DNA of 32,000 nt from Vibrio vulnificus CMCP6 (lineage in GTDB: Bacteria > Pseudomonadota > Gammaproteobacteria > Enterobacterales > Vibrionaceae). The position numbers and the translations under genes were made by a program. The notes beneath the pieces were generated by a model. That model was not told the origin of the DNA. It did not search any database and saw only the letters and a program-made list of their open reading frames with translations. How positions within the stretch are numbered: position 1 is the stretch's first letter; each line of letters starts with the position of its first letter. The stretch is taken from assembly GCF_000039765.1 (NCBI RefSeq), contig NC_004459.3:2361127-2393126 (forward strand), read 5' to 3'. Of this stretch, positions 17,111 to 27,304 are shown piece after piece.

Positions 17111-18055
17111 TTGAAACGGAAAATATTGTTCGCTGCTCTCTGGTGTATGAGTGCCGCTGCCCTCGCAGGGACCAGCACCTCATCTCTCAATCAAACGGGG
17201 TATACGCAAACGCGTTACCCTATCGTGTTAGTCCATGGTCTGTTTGGCTTTGATAAGTTGGCTGGCGTGGATTATTTCTATGGTATTCCTGAATCCTTAA
17301 CCAAAGATGGTGCCAAGGTGTATGTCGCGCAAGTCTCTGCTACCAACAGCAGTGAAGTGCGTGGTGAGCAGCTCCTATCACAAGTAGAAATGCTGTTGGC
17401 AGCCACTGGCGCAGCAAAGGTCAATTTGATTGGTCACAGCCATGGTGGGCCGACTGCTCGTTATGTTGCGTCTGTTCGGCCTGATCTCGTGGCGTCGGTC
17501 ACCAGCATTGGTGGGGTCAACAAGGGCTCTAAAGTGGCGGACTTAGTCCGAGGTCATGTTTCTGAAGGCTCGCTTACCGAAGCACTGGCAGTGAAGCTCG
17601 CGGAGGGGCTTAGCGGTCTAATTGGTCTACTATCCGGTGGCAGTGGTTTGGATCAAGATCCGCTAGCGTCACTGGATGCACTTACAACGCAAGGGTCATT
17701 GCGCTTTAACCAATTCTACCCAGAGGGACTGCCTCAAACCGAGTGCGGCGAGGGTGAGATGTTGGCTGGCAATGGCGTCTATTACTACTCGTGGACGGGT
17801 TCGAGCACCTATACCAACGTTTTGGATCCCGCCGACGCACCAATGGCCATTCTTGGTTTAGCGTTTGCCGGTGAAGCGAATGATGGCCTTGTTGGTGCGT
17901 GTAGTACCCATTTGGGTAAAGTGATTCGTGACGACTACAAAATGAATCACTTAGATGAGATCAATGGTCTGTTGGGTATTCATCATTTGTTTGAAACGGA
18001 TCCCGTCACCCTTTATCGCCAGCACGCCAATCGTCTGAAACTACAAGGGCTGTAG
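17111..18055 (+). CDS. lipA: Secreted triacylglycerol lipase, family I.1 (Pseudomonas LipA-like)
   Basis: Near full-length similarity to P. aeruginosa LipA: YTQTRYPIVLVHG, VNLIGHSHGG lipase box (Ser codon at 17438-17440), NDGLVG, MNHLDEIN, YRQHANRLK. It has a signal peptide. The start is TTG with AAGGAAA upstream. Confidence 0.93.
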   Translation: MKRKILFAALWCMSAAALAGTSTSSLNQTGYTQTRYPIVLVHGLFGFDKLAGVDYFYGIPESLTKDGAKVYVAQVSATNSSEVRGEQLLSQVEMLLAATGAAKVNLIGHSHGGPTARYVASVRPDLVASVTSIGGVNKGSKVADLVRGHVSEGSLTEALAVKLAEGLSGLIGLLSGGSGLDQDPLASLDALTTQGSLRFNQFYPEGLPQTECGEGEMLAGNGVYYYSWTGSSTYTNVLDPADAPMAILGLAFAGEANDGLVGACSTHLGKVIRDDYKMNHLDEINGLLGIHHLFETDPVTLYRQHANRLKLQGL

Positions 18056-18071
18056 CCTCAAAGGGAACGTT

Positions 18072-18914
18072 ATGAAAAAGACCGCACTGACCATTATCAC
18101 GATCGCCTTGGGGAGCCTCGGTGCGGTCTATTTTTTACCTTCGGAGCCCGCTGCGCAAAAAGACATTCGCGCTACCTCTCAGCACGATACCTCGGTTGAT
18201 AACACATCGGCCAAGGCCTTTTTGGACTACTCACTCTCCACGCTAGGTGAAAAACCTTTGCAGACAATAACGCAAGATGTGGTTAGAGAAGAGAGGGCGT
18301 TAGGCGAATTGCAGTTGGATGAGCAGCTATTCGCACTTTACCTTCGCTACAAGCAAGCTCTTGCTGATTTAGATATTGAAATAACGGGGTCAGACATCAT
18401 CTCATTAGAAACCTTGCATCAAGCGATACTCGATCTACAGCGAGAGTACTTTTCAGCGCAACAAATCGACCTGATTTTTGGCGAGGAAAACCAATTAAGG
18501 GCGCTTGCTCTGGAAAAAGCGCGCTTGAGTGAACAGGGCTATTCAGCAGAAGAGCAGAAACAGCTCTGGCGTGATCATTTGGCACTGCAACCGGAATACG
18601 TTCAAGAAAGTGACGCCAACCGCCGATTGATGAGTGAATTAGCGCAAGGAGAAGATGCACAAACCACTTATCTCAAGCGAGTGGAACTCGTGGGCGAGGC
18701 TGGAGCACAGCGACTGGAAGTGTTGGACCAAAATCGCGCCGAGTTTGATCGCGTTTTTCAACATTACTTAGTGCAACGCAGTGCGATTCTTGATGACCTC
18801 GGCTTGAGCGATGAGCAAAAGCACAAACAAATCACAATGTTGAGAGAAACCAGTTTCGACGCAAAACAGTGGCGCAGAATTGAAGCACTTGAACGCATTG
18901 CAGATGGTGGATAA
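18072..18914 (+). CDS. lif: Lipase-specific foldase (Lif chaperone)
   Basis: Starts 16 nt downstream of lipA. It has an N-terminal membrane anchor (ALTIITIALGSLGAVYFL) and is otherwise long, helical and Glu/Gln/Leu-rich, as in Lif proteins. Gene order matches the lipA-lif operons of Pseudomonas and Vibrio. Confidence 0.85.
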   Translation: MKKTALTIITIALGSLGAVYFLPSEPAAQKDIRATSQHDTSVDNTSAKAFLDYSLSTLGEKPLQTITQDVVREERALGELQLDEQLFALYLRYKQALADLDIEITGSDIISLETLHQAILDLQREYFSAQQIDLIFGEENQLRALALEKARLSEQGYSAEEQKQLWRDHLALQPEYVQESDANRRLMSELAQGEDAQTTYLKRVELVGEAGAQRLEVLDQNRAEFDRVFQHYLVQRSAILDDLGLSDEQKHKQITMLRETSFDAKQWRRIEALERIADGG

Positions 18915-18937
18915 TCGCTATCGGAGCAAATAAAAAA

Positions 18938-18958
18938 AGAGGCGATGAAATCGCCTCT
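18938..18958. terminator. Bidirectional-position terminator between lif and the convergent MFS gene
   Basis: 9-bp stem AGAGGCGAT / ATCGCCTCT with a 3-nt loop. An A7 run lies on the + strand upstream, which gives a T-run on the minus strand. It is 9 nt beyond the MFS stop and 24 nt beyond the lif stop. Confidence 0.75.
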
Positions 18959-18966
18959 TAGAAAGA

Positions 18967-20172
18967 TCAGATTGCCAGCGGCATTTCATTGGAAGAATCA
19001 GGTTTACGATAGACCAAACGCAACCCTAACATCGCAAGGATGGACATTGCGAGCATGAGGCAGCCAAGAGGCAGTTGATCTTGGGCTGGGAACAAGGAGG
19101 CGATTAATGTCGCGATACCTGCTCCTAGATTTTGCATACCGCCCAAAATAGCGCCACCGGTTCCCGCGTGATAAGGGAAAGGAGCCAGTGCTCCCGTGGT
19201 CGCCGCTGGGAACAAAATGCCTGCGCCAAGGAAGTAAATTGTCGCACCACCGACCAACGTCAGTGCCGTTGTTTGACCAAACAGACCTGGAATTAGCACC
19301 ACGGCTGCGCCGATCAGTATTGCGACCAAGCCAACGTTCAGAGCACGCTTTTGTGAGCGACGCTGCGCAATGTAGCTGGATAAGCCCGCACCAATCAGAT
19401 AGCCCGGGATCGGCAATACAAATAGAATGCTGACGACAGTCGCAGGCAGCCCTAACACACCGCCTAATAGCACGCCCGCCGCTGCCTCAAAAACCGCCAC
19501 GCCAGCAAAGGTTGCAACTAAGCAAAGTAAGTAACCTTGGAAACGTTTGTTGGATAAAACGTAGTGGTAGCTGCGAGCAACAGGCTCGTGTTTACGTTTT
19601 TCTTTTGGCAACGTTTCCATCATGCTGGTCATCATGGTAATAATGACCGCAATAGCAAATAGCGCCAAAAACAAATAGCTTGAACGCCAGCCAAAGGTTT
19701 CCGTTAGCACGCCGCCCAATACAGGAGCCATCAGCGGTGAAAAGATCACGCACATGCTGATCAAACTGTTGGCGCGATGTAATTCAGCGCCTTCAAAACA
19801 GTCACGAGTCAGGGTGCGAGACATTGCACCACCACAACCGATCCCCAAGCCTTGAACAAAGCTACCGACAAGGAACCAAGTGTACTCGTGTGCAAACAGT
19901 GACAGCATAGTGCCGGCAATGTAAATCAATAGACCGGCGATGATGATCGGCTTACGGCCAAGGCGATCCGACAGTGGACCATAGACAAATTGCGATAATC
20001 CGTAAGGGATCAAATAGCACGCCATGACGGCCTGCAGTGCAGCAGGCGATACCAAAAACTCACTGGCCATGTGACCGATTGACGGCACGTACATGGTTTG
20101 AGTCATTTGACCCACAGCGGTCAAAATAGCGATCAAAAGGGTAAGCTTGGCTAATGGAAATGACGCGGACAT
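18967..20172 (-). CDS. emrD: MFS multidrug efflux transporter, EmrD-like
   Basis: Collinear similarity to E. coli EmrD: AVGQMTQTMYVPSIGHMA, YGPLSDRLGRKP (MFS motif A), LHRANSLISM..SPLMAPVLGG, FEAAAGVLLGGVLGL..VSILFVLPIP. Start chosen at ATG 20172 (MSASFPL) with GGAGAA upstream. The track start at 20214 adds 14 residues. Confidence 0.88.
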   Translation of the reverse strand: MSASFPLAKLTLLIAILTAVGQMTQTMYVPSIGHMASEFLVSPAALQAVMACYLIPYGLSQFVYGPLSDRLGRKPIIIAGLLIYIAGTMLSLFAHEYTWFLVGSFVQGLGIGCGGAMSRTLTRDCFEGAELHRANSLISMCVIFSPLMAPVLGGVLTETFGWRSSYLFLALFAIAVIITMMTSMMETLPKEKRKHEPVARSYHYVLSNKRFQGYLLCLVATFAGVAVFEAAAGVLLGGVLGLPATVVSILFVLPIPGYLIGAGLSSYIAQRRSQKRALNVGLVAILIGAAVVLIPGLFGQTTALTLVGGATIYFLGAGILFPAATTGALAPFPYHAGTGGAILGGMQNLGAGIATLIASLFPAQDQLPLGCLMLAMSILAMLGLRLVYRKPDSSNEMPLAI

Positions 20173-20518
20173 CTGCGCAAATTCTCCGGCTAAATTAAAA
20201 ACGAAAAAGACCATGACAGATCGGTAAGGACTGCCAGATGATGAGTTTTATAGGGATTTACGGCGCGAGATATTAGTCGTTGATGGCGTTGTGATCAATC
20301 CGGAAATGTGATCTTAAGCAAGATAAAAATCTATCATTTGCATTAGAAAAACTAATGATTATTTGGTTGTGGTAAGAGCCTGATTGGTGTTTAGACTTAG
20401 CCCCGATGAAAACGCTGCAGTAATTAGATACCGAAAGAGCATTTAGGGCCGTTAAATAGCAAGGAGTGCAAATGAAAAAATGATAAGTAGTGTTTATCGG
20501 TTCTTGGTTAATGAAAAA

Positions 20519-20536
20519 GGCGCGAAATGTCGCGCC
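20519..20536 (-). terminator. Rho-independent terminator ending the MCP-porin-PBP cluster
   Basis: GC-rich 7-bp stem GGCGCGA / TCGCGCC with a 4-nt loop. On the minus strand it is followed by TTTTTCAT. It lies 63 nt beyond the stop at 20599. Confidence 0.8.
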
Positions 20537-20598
20537 CTTTGCTCGTCTTCAGCTGTGACCCAAGAGGTGCTTGAAACGGATTGTCTGTGGCTGGCCTG

Positions 20599-21009
20599 CT
20601 AAAGTTTGAGTAGGACTTTAACATCAGCCGTTAATGCTGACTCGTCAACGTACCCAATCGCGTTTGTGTTGCTGGTCACTTCCGCAATCACACCTGCATA
20701 GTCGGCCACTTGGATGGGTGCTTCTGCTTTGCCAGTAAAGACCAATCGTGACCATGCGGATTGCAGCTGAGACTCACTGCGCCCTGTGGCTAGGTTGTGA
20801 AAAGCAATACGTCCTTCTGAGCCATCGCTAAGTTCAACAATGCGTGCTTTTGCACCGTTGGTGAGCAGATTTTTTTGCCCCAAAAAGAGCTTTTTGACTT
20901 CATTTTGGGAAAGAGAGTCGACGCCCGCTGCATTACCAATGACAACCATGCCTGCCATCGCATTGAAAGAGAGTAGGGATGCTGCAAAAAATGGAATCAG
21001 TTTGTTCAT
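20599..21009 (-). CDS. Small periplasmic PstS-like (type-2 PBP-like, single-lobe size) protein
   Basis: Signal peptide ending NAMA-G. The segments VVIGN, LFLGQK, LVFTGK and AIGYVDES...VKVL match the short family usually annotated as 'phosphate ABC transporter substrate-binding protein' (family recognised from memory). The AAGGAG SD overlaps the porin stop, leaving a 10-nt gap. Confidence 0.75.
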   Translation of the reverse strand: MNKLIPFFAASLLSFNAMAGMVVIGNAAGVDSLSQNEVKKLFLGQKNLLTNGAKARIVELSDGSEGRIAFHNLATGRSESQLQSAWSRLVFTGKAEAPIQVADYAGVIAEVTSNTNAIGYVDESALTADVKVLLKL

Positions 21010-21019
21010 GAGAGGCTCC

Positions 21020-22183
21020 TTAGAAAACGAAATCTAGACGGGCAGAGTAAACCACGCTGTCTTTTTCATTAAACGCTCCAGTGTTATCAATGTTGCTCTT
21101 AAAGCCGCCACTGGTGTTTTGATAATCGGCGTACGTGATATCGAATTTCAGTGCCATGTTGGTGGCGAAATCCCAACGGCTTCCAATGGAGTAGGATAAG
21201 CGCTCATAGTTCATCAAGCGATTCAACCCGAGCGCTTGTTTATACGCAGGAAGGTTTGTTGCGGCAAGGGCAGGAGTTGGTGCTGGTCGCTCATCGTTAT
21301 CGGTGGTTTGCATCCAGCTTACCGCTAAATATGGCGTAAAGGCGGCCACTCGGTAACCCAGCAAGCCCGAAGCAGAGCGGGTATCACTGAACTTGCCATC
21401 GAGCTTCACGTCCGTCGCTTCGATGTTCGCGAGCAGGCTGCCATTATCATATTGCGCGCCAAGTGAAATGAACTGGCCATCTTGCTTGTGAACGCCTAAC
21501 AACGCAGCACGTTGGCAAGGGGCCGAGTTGGTATCTCCTTTGTCGCATTTAGGATTGGCTTCGGCGATAAAGTAAGAGCCGCGCAGCGAGAAGTCGCCGT
21601 AGTTCCAGTTAGCAGAAAGGCCGAGCATTTTGTCCAGTTTGACTTCGCCAATGCTCGAATCATCCTCATCGATGGTGGCAATGCCGACAACGGGCTGTAG
21701 CAGTAGGCTTGAGTGCTCAAATTCAACCGGGATAAGAAGATCTGCACCGGTGTAGCTCTTAAGTACGATGTGCTCGTAAGTCTCTTGAGACGGACGAATC
21801 ATCGGGTAGGCGTAGCCTAAATCAATGTAGTCAGAATAGAAGAACAAAGGCAAACGCAGTTTACCCGCGCGAGCAGTGAAAGCTTCAAATTCGTAAGAGG
21901 CGTAGGCCATTTCAATTTTAGGCGCATAATCATAGCGGCTGTTTGCCACCAATTGGGTGACAAACTTCACCTTGTCGTTGATTTGAAAATCAAACTGAAG
22001 ACCCGCCAAGGTTTCTTGTTCCCAATCGATTTTTTCCGCTGTGTATCGTGCGTAACCAATATCGTTGTTTGATTTGCCCATACCGACGGAGCCAAATCCA
22101 CTGATGGACAGATCCTCAAGATTGGCAGCATTGGTGCTAAAAGTGGTAGCAACGATGAGGCTTGCTAACATGGTTTTTTTCAT
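21020..22183 (-). CDS. Putative outer-membrane porin (beta-barrel)
   Basis: Start ATG 22183 (MKKTMLASLIVATTFSTNA-A signal peptide) with GGAG 6 nt upstream. It shows an amphipathic beta-strand pattern throughout and the C-terminal OMP signature ...SARLDFVF. The specific porin family is not assigned. Confidence 0.78.
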   Translation of the reverse strand: MKKTMLASLIVATTFSTNAANLEDLSISGFGSVGMGKSNNDIGYARYTAEKIDWEQETLAGLQFDFQINDKVKFVTQLVANSRYDYAPKIEMAYASYEFEAFTARAGKLRLPLFFYSDYIDLGYAYPMIRPSQETYEHIVLKSYTGADLLIPVEFEHSSLLLQPVVGIATIDEDDSSIGEVKLDKMLGLSANWNYGDFSLRGSYFIAEANPKCDKGDTNSAPCQRAALLGVHKQDGQFISLGAQYDNGSLLANIEATDVKLDGKFSDTRSASGLLGYRVAAFTPYLAVSWMQTTDNDERPAPTPALAATNLPAYKQALGLNRLMNYERLSYSIGSRWDFATNMALKFDITYADYQNTSGGFKSNIDNTGAFNEKDSVVYSARLDFVF

Positions 22184-22288
22184 TCTGAACTCCACTACTG
22201 TGTTCGTTATTTTTGCTTTTTATGAAATTTAAGGTGCGGCAATCCACACCTGGTCAACACGACCAAGTGCCAAAGCAAGTGCGAAGGA

Positions 22289-23902
22289 TTACTTCACCTT
22301 AAAGTGTCCGGTTAAACCGGATAAGTTTGCCGTAATTGCGTTGATGTTTTGTGCTACTGCGTCAAGTTCGCCGACGCTGTCAGCGGTGCCCTGTGCCATA
22401 CTGCGAATGTTGTCGACGATGGCTTCAATGTCACTGGAGGCACGTTCCTGCTCTTCGGTTGAAAATGCAATCAGGCCATTTTTACTGCTGATGTCGGAAA
22501 CGTCTCTGGTGATGCGTTGTAAGGATTGCTCTGCGACCAACGATTTCTGCACGCACTCTTCTGCGCGGCAAGCGCTCTCAGAAATGATGTTTGCGGCCGT
22601 TTTGGTTTGTTCTTGCAACTCATGCAAAACGGATTGGATCTCTTGGGTGGAAGATTGAGTACGAGAGGCCAGTGTTCTGACTTCGTCAGCAACGACGGCA
22701 AACCCACGCCCCTGTTCTCCTGCTCGGGCGGCTTCAATCGCTGCGTTCAAGGCGAGCAGGTTGGTTTGTTCGGCGATGGCACTGATGGCATCGAGTATCG
22801 AGCCTGCGTTTTGCGTATTTTGATCCAATTGCTGAACCACGAGTGAGGCATTTCTCACTTCGGCCGTCAGTTCTCGAACGGCAACAATCGTGCTTTGGAC
22901 CTGCGCTTCGCCGTTGGCAGCTTCTTCACTCGCGCTATTGGCGGATGTGGAGGCTTCACTGGCGTGCGAGGCGATGTGTTTCGCTGCGTCGAACAACTGG
23001 CCAAGTGAATGGGACACATCTTCAATCTCTTTATATTGGCGTTCAGACAAGTCTGCCGTAGTGTGGCTGGAAGCAACCAAAGTGCTGGATATTTGGTCCA
23101 GTTTGCTCACGTTCTCAATGGTTTGCGTGACGTTGTGCTGAAGTTTGGTGACAAAAGCGTTGAATGAATCGACAACGGGTTTCAGTTCATCATTTTTCTC
23201 GTGACGGATGCGAACAGTAAGGTCGCCATCGCCGTCGGCAATATCACGCATCTTTTCTGCGAATGAGCCTAAATCTAGTCTAATGCCGCGAGTGACAAAC
23301 CAACCCATCAAAATGGTGAGCAACAATGCAGTGGCGCCCAACACACGCATGAGTTGAGTGGCCGCGACATTGTTCTGTTCAAGCTCCGTCACGGAGCGTT
23401 CAAAATCCGCGACTCGAGCATGTGAAAATTGCTGCATCTGATTTTTTAGTGCGTCAAGCGTCTTTCGATTGGCGTCTGCTTTTTGCGCAGCGGCGGAGAG
23501 ATCAAGGTTGCCATCAATCATGCCGAGAGCCACATCATAAGTTGATTGAAAGTAAGTATTTAAAAGCCGACGCAACGTGGTGGTTTGTTCACGTAACGCG
23601 GGTTGCAATGTCGCCTGTAACGCAAGGTTCTCAACGATTTCCTCAAGCGTGGTGCGGTTCAAATCCAGCAGCTCTTCATCGCCTAGGGTAACCGCAAGGT
23701 TAAAGCGCTCTGTAAGTTGGGAGAGCAGCACTAAGTTGAGCGCTGCGGAGTTCATGACGGGATAGTACAGTTTGTCGATATGACGAACCTGTTCAGTGTT
23801 ATTGGTCAGGGTGGAACCACTAATGGACAACATGCTAGCAAATCCGAATAACGATAGAAGGCATAGTGCAAGCACCTTCCCTCGAATAGACAGTGACATC
23901 AT
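22289..23902 (-). CDS. Methyl-accepting chemotaxis protein with ~155-aa helical periplasmic sensor, HAMP and MA domains
   Basis: TM1 at aa ~9-31 and TM2 ~190-206, then HAMP. The signalling hairpin [38 protein letters not shown] is highly conserved. Confidence 0.92.
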   Translation of the reverse strand: MMSLSIRGKVLALCLLSLFGFASMLSISGSTLTNNTEQVRHIDKLYYPVMNSAALNLVLLSQLTERFNLAVTLGDEELLDLNRTTLEEIVENLALQATLQPALREQTTTLRRLLNTYFQSTYDVALGMIDGNLDLSAAAQKADANRKTLDALKNQMQQFSHARVADFERSVTELEQNNVAATQLMRVLGATALLLTILMGWFVTRGIRLDLGSFAEKMRDIADGDGDLTVRIRHEKNDELKPVVDSFNAFVTKLQHNVTQTIENVSKLDQISSTLVASSHTTADLSERQYKEIEDVSHSLGQLFDAAKHIASHASEASTSANSASEEAANGEAQVQSTIVAVRELTAEVRNASLVVQQLDQNTQNAGSILDAISAIAEQTNLLALNAAIEAARAGEQGRGFAVVADEVRTLASRTQSSTQEIQSVLHELQEQTKTAANIISESACRAEECVQKSLVAEQSLQRITRDVSDISSKNGLIAFSTEEQERASSDIEAIVDNIRSMAQGTADSVGELDAVAQNINAITANLSGLTGHFKVK

Positions 23903-24190
23903 GCAGACATCCTTCTAAAAGAAAAAATAAATATAAAAATTATAATCTTGGGTATTAATAAACCGCGTCCATGTTACCGCTAATGACATTCATGACATTA
24001 GAGTATTTATGTAAGTGAGCGTAAGCTGGTGACGTAGGGTGAGCGAGAGGGTCTTGTTTTAAAGGTGGTAAAGTCGGCATGCCATCGGTGCAAAATCACT
24101 TCGCTGCGTGGTTCTCTTTGGATTAGAGGGGCGATCTCTTTCGTGGGAAAAGTGATAAAAGGTGGGGAAAACGATAGTCTAGAAAGACAA

Positions 24191-24219
24191 AAATCCGATA
24201 AACAGAGTTTATCGGATTT
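24191..24219 (-). terminator. Rho-independent terminator of speAB
   Basis: 13-bp stem AAATCCGATAAAC / GTTTATCGGATTT. On the minus strand it is followed by TTGTCTTTCT. It lies 26 nt beyond the speB stop. Confidence 0.8.
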
Positions 24220-24244
24220 GGTGGTCTTGCTTCAAAGTCTTCGC

Positions 24245-25180
24245 TTAGAACTCTGATTCAAACTCTTTATTTGCTGCCCAAGCGTACATAAGTTCCAGCG
24301 CAATGGTTGCGCCAGCCAGTGCCGTCAAATCGCTTTGATCGTATGGAGGAGAGACTTCTACCACATCCATACCAACGATGTTAACGTCTTTTAGGCCACG
24401 GATGATTTTCAAAATCTTGTCCGAGTTCAAGCCACCGCAGACAGGTGTACCAGTTCCTGGTGCAAAAGCCGGATCGAGACAGTCGATATCAAACGTCACA
24501 TACACCGGCTTATCTGCCACGATGCGGCGAATATCTGCAAGGATCTCTTCTACGCTCATGTCGTTGGCTTGCATCGCATTGATGACGTTAAAGCCGTGAC
24601 CTTCTTGCTTGTACTCAGTACGGATACCGACTTGTACGGAATGCTTAGGAGAGATAAGCCCTTCTTTTGGCGCATGGTAGAACATGGTGCCGTGGTCATA
24701 GCTGCTGCCGTTTGCGTACGTGTCGGTGTGCGCATCGAAGTGGATCAGTGCCATTTCACCGTAGTGTTTTGCGTAAGCGCGCAGAATAGGCAGCGTGATG
24801 AAGTGATCACCACCAAGGCCAAGCATTGTTTTGCCACTTTTTAGGATCGCAGAGGTAGCTGCTTCCATACGGTAAGTGAAGTCTTCTGCATCACCACAAT
24901 CGAAGACAAGATCGCCACCGTCAATCACTTTCACCTTTTTGAAAAGGTTGAAATCCCAAGGGAATTTCTTACCTTCCCATGCAAGATTCACCGATGCACG
25001 ACGGATCGCATCTGGGCCCATACGCGCGCCAGGACGACCAGAGGTTGCCATGTCTAGCGGTGCGCCAAAAACAACTAGGTCAGCGTCTGCTGCGACAGGA
25101 TCTTTGACATACGGACGACGCACAAAACTCATCGAGTTTGAGTAGAGTGAATAATCAGTTTTAGTAAACAAATCATTCAT
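24245..25180 (-). CDS. speB: Agmatinase (agmatine ureohydrolase)
   Basis: Near full-length similarity to E. coli SpeB: GVPFDMATSGRxG, [48 protein letters not shown]. The ATG at 25180 directly abuts the speA stop (TAAATG). Confidence 0.95.
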   Translation of the reverse strand: MNDLFTKTDYSLYSNSMSFVRRPYVKDPVAADADLVVFGAPLDMATSGRPGARMGPDAIRRASVNLAWEGKKFPWDFNLFKKVKVIDGGDLVFDCGDAEDFTYRMEAATSAILKSGKTMLGLGGDHFITLPILRAYAKHYGEMALIHFDAHTDTYANGSSYDHGTMFYHAPKEGLISPKHSVQVGIRTEYKQEGHGFNVINAMQANDMSVEEILADIRRIVADKPVYVTFDIDCLDPAFAPGTGTPVCGGLNSDKILKIIRGLKDVNIVGMDVVEVSPPYDQSDLTALAGATIALELMYAWAANKEFESEF

Positions 25181-27103
25181 TTAGAAATCCTCTAAATAGG
25201 TGTAACCAGACAGACCTTGTTCAAGCTCTGCTAGAATTTGTTGCTGTTCCTCTTGGTCAACGCGCTGCGATACCAAAGAGTGATAATTTTTGCGAATTTG
25301 GTCTACATCGATGTGTACGTAACGCATCATGTCTTCGACGGTGTCGCCTTCGTTGATGAAATCGATGTTGATCTCACCTTGGTCGCCCACGTTCACCACA
25401 ACACTGTGGGTGTCACCAAATAGGTTGTGCATGTCACCAAGAATTTCTTGGTATGCACCCACGAGGAAGAAGCCCATCAAGTATGGCTCATCTTCGTTCC
25501 ATGCAGGTACTGGCAGTGTACTTTCGATGCCTTGACCATCTACATAGGCGTCAATCGCGCCATCTGAGTCACAGGTGATGTCGAGCATCACTGCACGGCG
25601 ATCAGCGGCGTTTTGTAAGCCAGACAGTGGCAGAACAGGGAAGACCTGATCAATACCCCATGAATCTGGCAATGATTGGAACAATGAGAAGTTGACAAAG
25701 AACTTATCCGCTAAACGCTCTGACAATTCATCAAGAATTGGGCGATGGAAGCGGTTCTTCGTGCTCATCAAACGGTTCAATTCATAGTAGATACGCAGCG
25801 ATGTTTGTTCTGCCCACGCGCGATGTTCAAGGGTTAATACCCCGGTCGCAAACTGTGAGTGCACTTCCGCCAAGTCGCTTTGCGTATCGTTGTAAATTTC
25901 GATCAGTGCACGAGCATCGGTGCCATTGTGCAAGTTCAACCAGCTGCGCCACATGTTGTTCAGTAGAAGAGGGAAGTCTTCTTCTGGCTCTGTCACGGTT
26001 TCTGGTTTGTAAGTTTCAGTACCAATTACGTTCGAGATCAACACTGCGTGGTGTGCTGTCAGTGAACGACCAGACTCAGAAATGATCACTGGCATTGGTT
26101 GCTTGTAATCTTTACACACGTCACCCACGGTATTGACGATATTGCGTGCGTACTCCACCAAGCCGTAGTTCATCGAGTTGGAAGACTGGCTGCGAGTGCC
26201 ATCATAGTCAATCGCCAAGCCGCCACCCACGTCGAAATACGTGATGTTGGCACCCAATGTACGCAGTTCACAGTAGAAACGTGCTGATTCATTCACACCA
26301 TTACGCACATCGCGAATATTCGCCATTTGCGAACCTAGGTGGAAGTGGACGAGCTGCAAGGTATCGAGTTGGTTTTCTTTCTTCAAACGGCTGATCACAT
26401 TCAGCACTTGTGATGCAGAGAGACCAAATTTCGATTTCTCGCCACCGCTGGCTTGCCACTTACCTGCACCTTGAGAAGCCAGGCGAATACGGATGCCAAG
26501 ACGGGGTGTCACACCAAGACTTTTTGCTTCTCTTAACACAAGGTCTAGCTCGGACATTTTCTCAAGTACGATGAAGACTTTGTGACCAAGTTTTTCACCA
26601 ATCAGTGCCAAACGGATGTACTCACGGTCTTTATAACCGTTACAAACGATAACAGAGCTTGCGTGCTGAGCCATGGCTAGAACGGCGAGAAGCTCAGGCT
26701 TACTGCCTGCCTCTAGGCCTAGCTGTTTGGTTTCCAGTTGTGCCTGGCTGGCAAGAATCTCGTCTACCACTTCACGCTGTTGGTTTACCTTGATTGGGTA
26801 CACTAACAGGTATTTATTTGGGTATTGATATTCTTCAATTGCCTGGTTAAACGCGTCACAGATTGAATGCACACGTTGATGCAGGATTTGCGGAAATCGA
26901 ACCAGCACAGGTACATTGAGCTGACGCTCTTCTAGCTGCTTAACGATTTTGCTTAGCTGAATCTGATGGGCATTATCACTACGTGGGGAAACGTACATTT
27001 CGCCTTGGTCGTCAATACCGTAAAAACCTTGACTCCAGTAGTGCACGTTGTAGTCGGCGCGAACGCGGTCTAATTTGGATGTTTGTTCCACATCTAATCT
27101 CAC
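25181..27103 (-). CDS. speA: Biosynthetic arginine decarboxylase (PLP-dependent)
   Basis: Collinear with E. coli SpeA: [74 protein letters not shown]. The start is uncertain. GTG 27103 (VRLDVEQ...) gives 640 aa. The track start TTG 27142 adds a hydrophobic 13-aa extension. Neither has a good SD. Confidence 0.9.
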   Translation of the reverse strand: MRLDVEQTSKLDRVRADYNVHYWSQGFYGIDDQGEMYVSPRSDNAHQIQLSKIVKQLEERQLNVPVLVRFPQILHQRVHSICDAFNQAIEEYQYPNKYLLVYPIKVNQQREVVDEILASQAQLETKQLGLEAGSKPELLAVLAMAQHASSVIVCNGYKDREYIRLALIGEKLGHKVFIVLEKMSELDLVLREAKSLGVTPRLGIRIRLASQGAGKWQASGGEKSKFGLSASQVLNVISRLKKENQLDTLQLVHFHLGSQMANIRDVRNGVNESARFYCELRTLGANITYFDVGGGLAIDYDGTRSQSSNSMNYGLVEYARNIVNTVGDVCKDYKQPMPVIISESGRSLTAHHAVLISNVIGTETYKPETVTEPEEDFPLLLNNMWRSWLNLHNGTDARALIEIYNDTQSDLAEVHSQFATGVLTLEHRAWAEQTSLRIYYELNRLMSTKNRFHRPILDELSERLADKFFVNFSLFQSLPDSWGIDQVFPVLPLSGLQNAADRRAVMLDITCDSDGAIDAYVDGQGIESTLPVPAWNEDEPYLMGFFLVGAYQEILGDMHNLFGDTHSVVVNVGDQGEINIDFINEGDTVEDMMRYVHIDVDQIRKNYHSLVSQRVDQEEQQQILAELEQGLSGYTYLEDF

Positions 27104-27304
27104 AGAGTATATCCGAAATACAGCAACGGATATTAAGAACAAAACATGAGTGGAAAGTCCCTCTCATGGCCTGGCACGCAACGCGTGTTGCGCGAATTAA
27201 CGGACAATTTATCACTTGAGTCTAATGAATAAAATTGATTATTACGACAAGAGTTTATTATTGAGAGGTTGGTAAAAAGGCCAGCGAATTTTCATGGAGG
27301 AACA

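Noticed and set aside
24065-24256. 63-aa plus-strand ORF in the MCP/speB spacer
   Set aside because: It reads through the speAB terminator hairpin and into the speB 3' end. It has no SD and an implausible composition.
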